From positions 1 through 10,319 of the forward strand of contig JAITVV010000087.1 of NCBI GenBank assembly GCA_031285625.1: 10,319 nucleotides of DNA, read 5' to 3'. The notes beneath the pieces were generated by a model that saw only the letters and a list, made by a program, of their open reading frames with translations, did not search any database and had not been told where the DNA came from. This DNA is from Prevotella sp. (GTDB lineage: Bacteria > Bacteroidota > Bacteroidia > Bacteroidales > Dysgonomonadaceae). The first letter of the stretch is position 1. Each line of letters opens with the position of its first letter. The position numbers and the translations under genes are program-made. Below, piece after piece: positions 8,079 through 10,319 of this stretch.

Positions 8079-8185
8079 AAAAAGGTAACAATTAAAATAC
8101 ATATATAAACTGTTACTTTTGTCACCTTTTGCACTTAAGATATTGATAATGAGTATTTGCTTATTTCTAGACTTGTTACTTTTTT
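8079..8185. repeat. Cluster of four TGT(T/C)AC(C)TTTT motifs (one inverted, three direct) around a TAnnTTTG box
   Basis: AAAAAGGTAACAA 8079-8091, TGTTACTTTT 8111-8120, TGTCACCTTTT 8120-8130 and TTGTTACTTTTTT 8173-8185. TACTTTTG is at 8114-8121. Confidence 0.55.
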
Positions 8186-8209
8186 ACAGACAATGCAGAT
8201 AACTTAAAG

Positions 8210-9781
8210 ATGAAACAACAACTGGCATTAATTAATATAGGTTTACTGGCTGTATGTCATTCTGCCTGTACCCCGCAAAAGGTGCAGCAGGATAATAATG
8301 ACAGACCTAATATATTGTTTATTCTATCAGATGATCATACTTCACAATCGTGGGGTATATATGAGAGTAGATTGAACAGTTATATAAAGAATGAGAATAT
8401 ACGGACACTGGCTAAAGAAGGGTGTGTTTTGGACAATGCTTTTTGTACCAACTCAATATCTGTTCCCAGCCGGGCTTCTATTATGACAGGAGCTTATAGT
8501 CATCAGAATGGAGTATATACACTGAGCGATGCATTAGATCCCGAAGCAGATAATATTGCCAAGAGGTTACATGAAGGAGGCTACCAGACTGCACTGATCG
8601 GTAAATGGCATCTGAAAAAAGAACCTTCTGGTTTTGATTACTATTCGGTATTCCACGATCAGGGGGATTATGTAGATCCTGTATTTAAGACGGCTGATAA
8701 CTGGATAGACGATGATAAAGGCAATAATGGTGTAAAAGAAGAAGGTTTCTCTACTGATCTGGTTACCGATAAGACGATTGCGTGGATTAAAGACAGGGAT
8801 AAAACTAAACCTTTTATGATGTTTTGTCACTTCAAGGCAACTCATGAACCATGGGATTTCCCTGAGCGTTTGAAACACATGTATGATGATGTGGAATTTC
8901 CGGAACCTGAGAATATGATGGAATTCGGGCCTGAAAAATCAGGGCGTGTATTTCCCGGACAACAGCTTGAAAATCTGGCTTCGCGTTGGGAGATAGCCTC
9001 AAAAGATCCTGATAAATGGTGGTGCCGTTATCCCGAGCTTCCTTTTTCGACTAAAGGTATGAATACTATTGCCGCCCGAAAAGCTACTTATCAGAAACTT
9101 ATCCGTGATTATCTGAGATGTGGGGCTACTATAGATGATAATATAGGACGTCTGATGCAAATGCTGGAAGAAGAGGGATTAGCTGAAAACACGATTGTTG
9201 TCTATGTTTCCGATCAAGGCTATTTCCTGGGAGAGCATGGATTCTTTGACAAACGGATGATGTACGAGGAATCGTTACGCATGCCTTTTGTGATCCGCTA
9301 TCCGAAAGAAATTCCTGCCGGTACACGAAATAAGGATATAATACTGAATGTTGATTTTGCATCGTTATTGGCGGATTATGCAAAAGTGCATGCCCCTGAA
9401 AAATCGCAAGGTAGGAGTTTCCGGGAAAACCTTAAAGGAAGAACTCCTTCCGATTGGCGTAAAAATATGTATTACCGCTATTGGACACAACATCAGATTC
9501 GTCCGGCACATATGGGTATAAGGAATGATCGGTATAAACTTATGTTTGTATATGGAGATCCATTAAATACAAAAGGTTCGGAAGATAAAGTCAGTATTCC
9601 TGCATGGGAATTCCATGATTTAGTAAACGACCCACATGAAAATCATAATGCCTATAATAATAAGGAATATGCATCAGTAATCAAGGAAATGAAAAAAGAA
9701 TTACTTTTGCTCAGGGAAGAGACCGGAGATACTGATCGTGATACTCCCCGAATGAAAGAGATAATTGAAAAATACTGGTAA
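8210..9781 (+). CDS. S1-family sulfatase, Ser-type (SxPxR), resembling N-acetylglucosamine-6-sulfatase / mucin-desulfating subfamily S1_11; predicted lipoprotein
   Basis: 523 aa. Motifs RPNILFILSDDH, FCTNSISVPSRASIMTGAYSHQNG, IGKWHL, HFKATHEPW and SDQGYFLGEHGFFDKRMMYEESLRMPF. Lipobox-like LLAVCHSAC (Cys20). The subfamily is assigned by motif recognition only. Confidence 0.93.
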   Translation: MKQQLALINIGLLAVCHSACTPQKVQQDNNDRPNILFILSDDHTSQSWGIYESRLNSYIKNENIRTLAKEGCVLDNAFCTNSISVPSRASIMTGAYSHQNGVYTLSDALDPEADNIAKRLHEGGYQTALIGKWHLKKEPSGFDYYSVFHDQGDYVDPVFKTADNWIDDDKGNNGVKEEGFSTDLVTDKTIAWIKDRDKTKPFMMFCHFKATHEPWDFPERLKHMYDDVEFPEPENMMEFGPEKSGRVFPGQQLENLASRWEIASKDPDKWWCRYPELPFSTKGMNTIAARKATYQKLIRDYLRCGATIDDNIGRLMQMLEEEGLAENTIVVYVSDQGYFLGEHGFFDKRMMYEESLRMPFVIRYPKEIPAGTRNKDIILNVDFASLLADYAKVHAPEKSQGRSFRENLKGRTPSDWRKNMYYRYWTQHQIRPAHMGIRNDRYKLMFVYGDPLNTKGSEDKVSIPAWEFHDLVNDPHENHNAYNNKEYASVIKEMKKELLLLREETGDTDRDTPRMKEIIEKYW

Positions 9782-9788
9782 TTATTAC

Positions 9789-9861
9789 TTGTCATGTTGA
9801 ATGAAGTGAAACATCTCGTTACTAATGAGGTCAGGATTCTTCGTTACACTCAAAATGACAA
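9789..9861. repeat. REP-like imperfect palindromic intergenic element (TGTCAT...ATGACA type)
   Basis: Left arm TTGTCATGTTGAATGAAGTGAAACATC versus reverse complement of the right arm TTGTCATTTTGAGTGTAACGAAGAATC: 20 of 27 identical, with a perfect 7-bp terminal TTGTCAT/ATGACAA. Confidence 0.7.
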
Positions 9862-9885
9862 AAGAGAATAAATTGAAAATATAAT

Positions 9886-10319
9886 ATGGCAACTTTTGCA
9901 CCATTTGCCCATCCCTTATATGTAATGCTGAAACCTATTGGTTCGGTGTGTAATCTGGCTTGTGAATACTGCTACTATCTGGAGAAGTCGAACTTGTACA
10001 AGGATAACCCCAAGCATGTAATGAGTGAGGTATTACTTGAACGGTTTATTGAGGAATACATCAATTCTCAGACGATGTCAGAGATACTCTTTACATGGCA
10101 TGGTGGAGAAACATTAATGCGGCCTCTTTCCTTTTATAAAAAGGCAATGGAACTGCAGAAAAAGTATGCCCGGGGAAGGAATATCAGTAATACAATACAG
10201 ACGAATGGTACTTTATTGACAGATGACTGGTGTAAATTTTTCAAGGATAATAACTGGCTGGTCGGAGTTTCTATTGACGGACCGCAGGAGTTTCATGACG
10301 AATACAGGCGTAACAAACA
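9886..10319 (+). CDS. chuR: Anaerobic sulfatase-maturating enzyme (anSME/ChuR/AtsB-like radical SAM protein), 3'-truncated
   Basis: Not in the ORF track because it runs off the window. From ATG 9886 it translates as MATFAPFAHPLYVMLKPIGSVCNLACEYCYYLEK...FTWHGGETLMR...IQTNGTLLTDDWCKFFKDNNWLVGVSIDGPQEFHDEYRRNK, with the CxxxCxxC radical SAM motif and anSME-typical WHGGE, QTNGTL and GVSIDGP motifs. Confidence 0.96.
   Translation, partial: MATFAPFAHPLYVMLKPIGSVCNLACEYCYYLEKSNLYKDNPKHVMSEVLLERFIEEYINSQTMSEILFTWHGGETLMRPLSFYKKAMELQKKYARGRNISNTIQTNGTLLTDDWCKFFKDNNWLVGVSIDGPQEFHDEYRRNK

Noticed and set aside
150-9383. Minus-strand ORFs of 60-133 aa in the ORF track (150-338, 372-569, 715-1116, 2131-2313, 2349-2561, 2359-2577, 2881-3153, 4689-4883, 6527-6715, 6800-6985, 7166-7441, 8567-8878, 9129-9383)
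   Set aside because: All overlap well-supported + strand genes in antisense, show no recognisable motifs and have shadow-ORF composition.

Overview
AT-rich Bacteroidota (Bacteroidales-like) window that is one co-oriented (+ strand) polysaccharide utilisation locus for sulfated glycans. In order: 3' end of an ECF sigma factor, FecR-like anti-sigma factor, SusC-like TonB-dependent transducer with an N-terminal signalling extension, SusD lipoprotein, two Ser-type S1 sulfatases (SxAxR and SxPxR motifs), and the 5' part of an anaerobic sulfatase-maturating radical SAM enzyme (anSME/ChuR) that the ORF track missed. The protein set is a known architecture, so the most interesting signals are intergenic. 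(1) A predicted ~115-120 nt antisense sRNA lies between fecR and susC, with a minus-strand TAnnTTTG promoter over the susC start codon, two hairpins that pair better on the minus strand, and a minus-strand U-tailed terminator. (2) A cluster of TGTYAC(C)TTTT direct and inverted repeats encloses a promoter box upstream of the second sulfatase. (3) A REP-like palindromic element precedes anSME. (4) Hairpins sit at the fecR and sulfatase-1 leaders. I see no wholly new protein system. All calls come from reading the sequence by eye, with no database searches.
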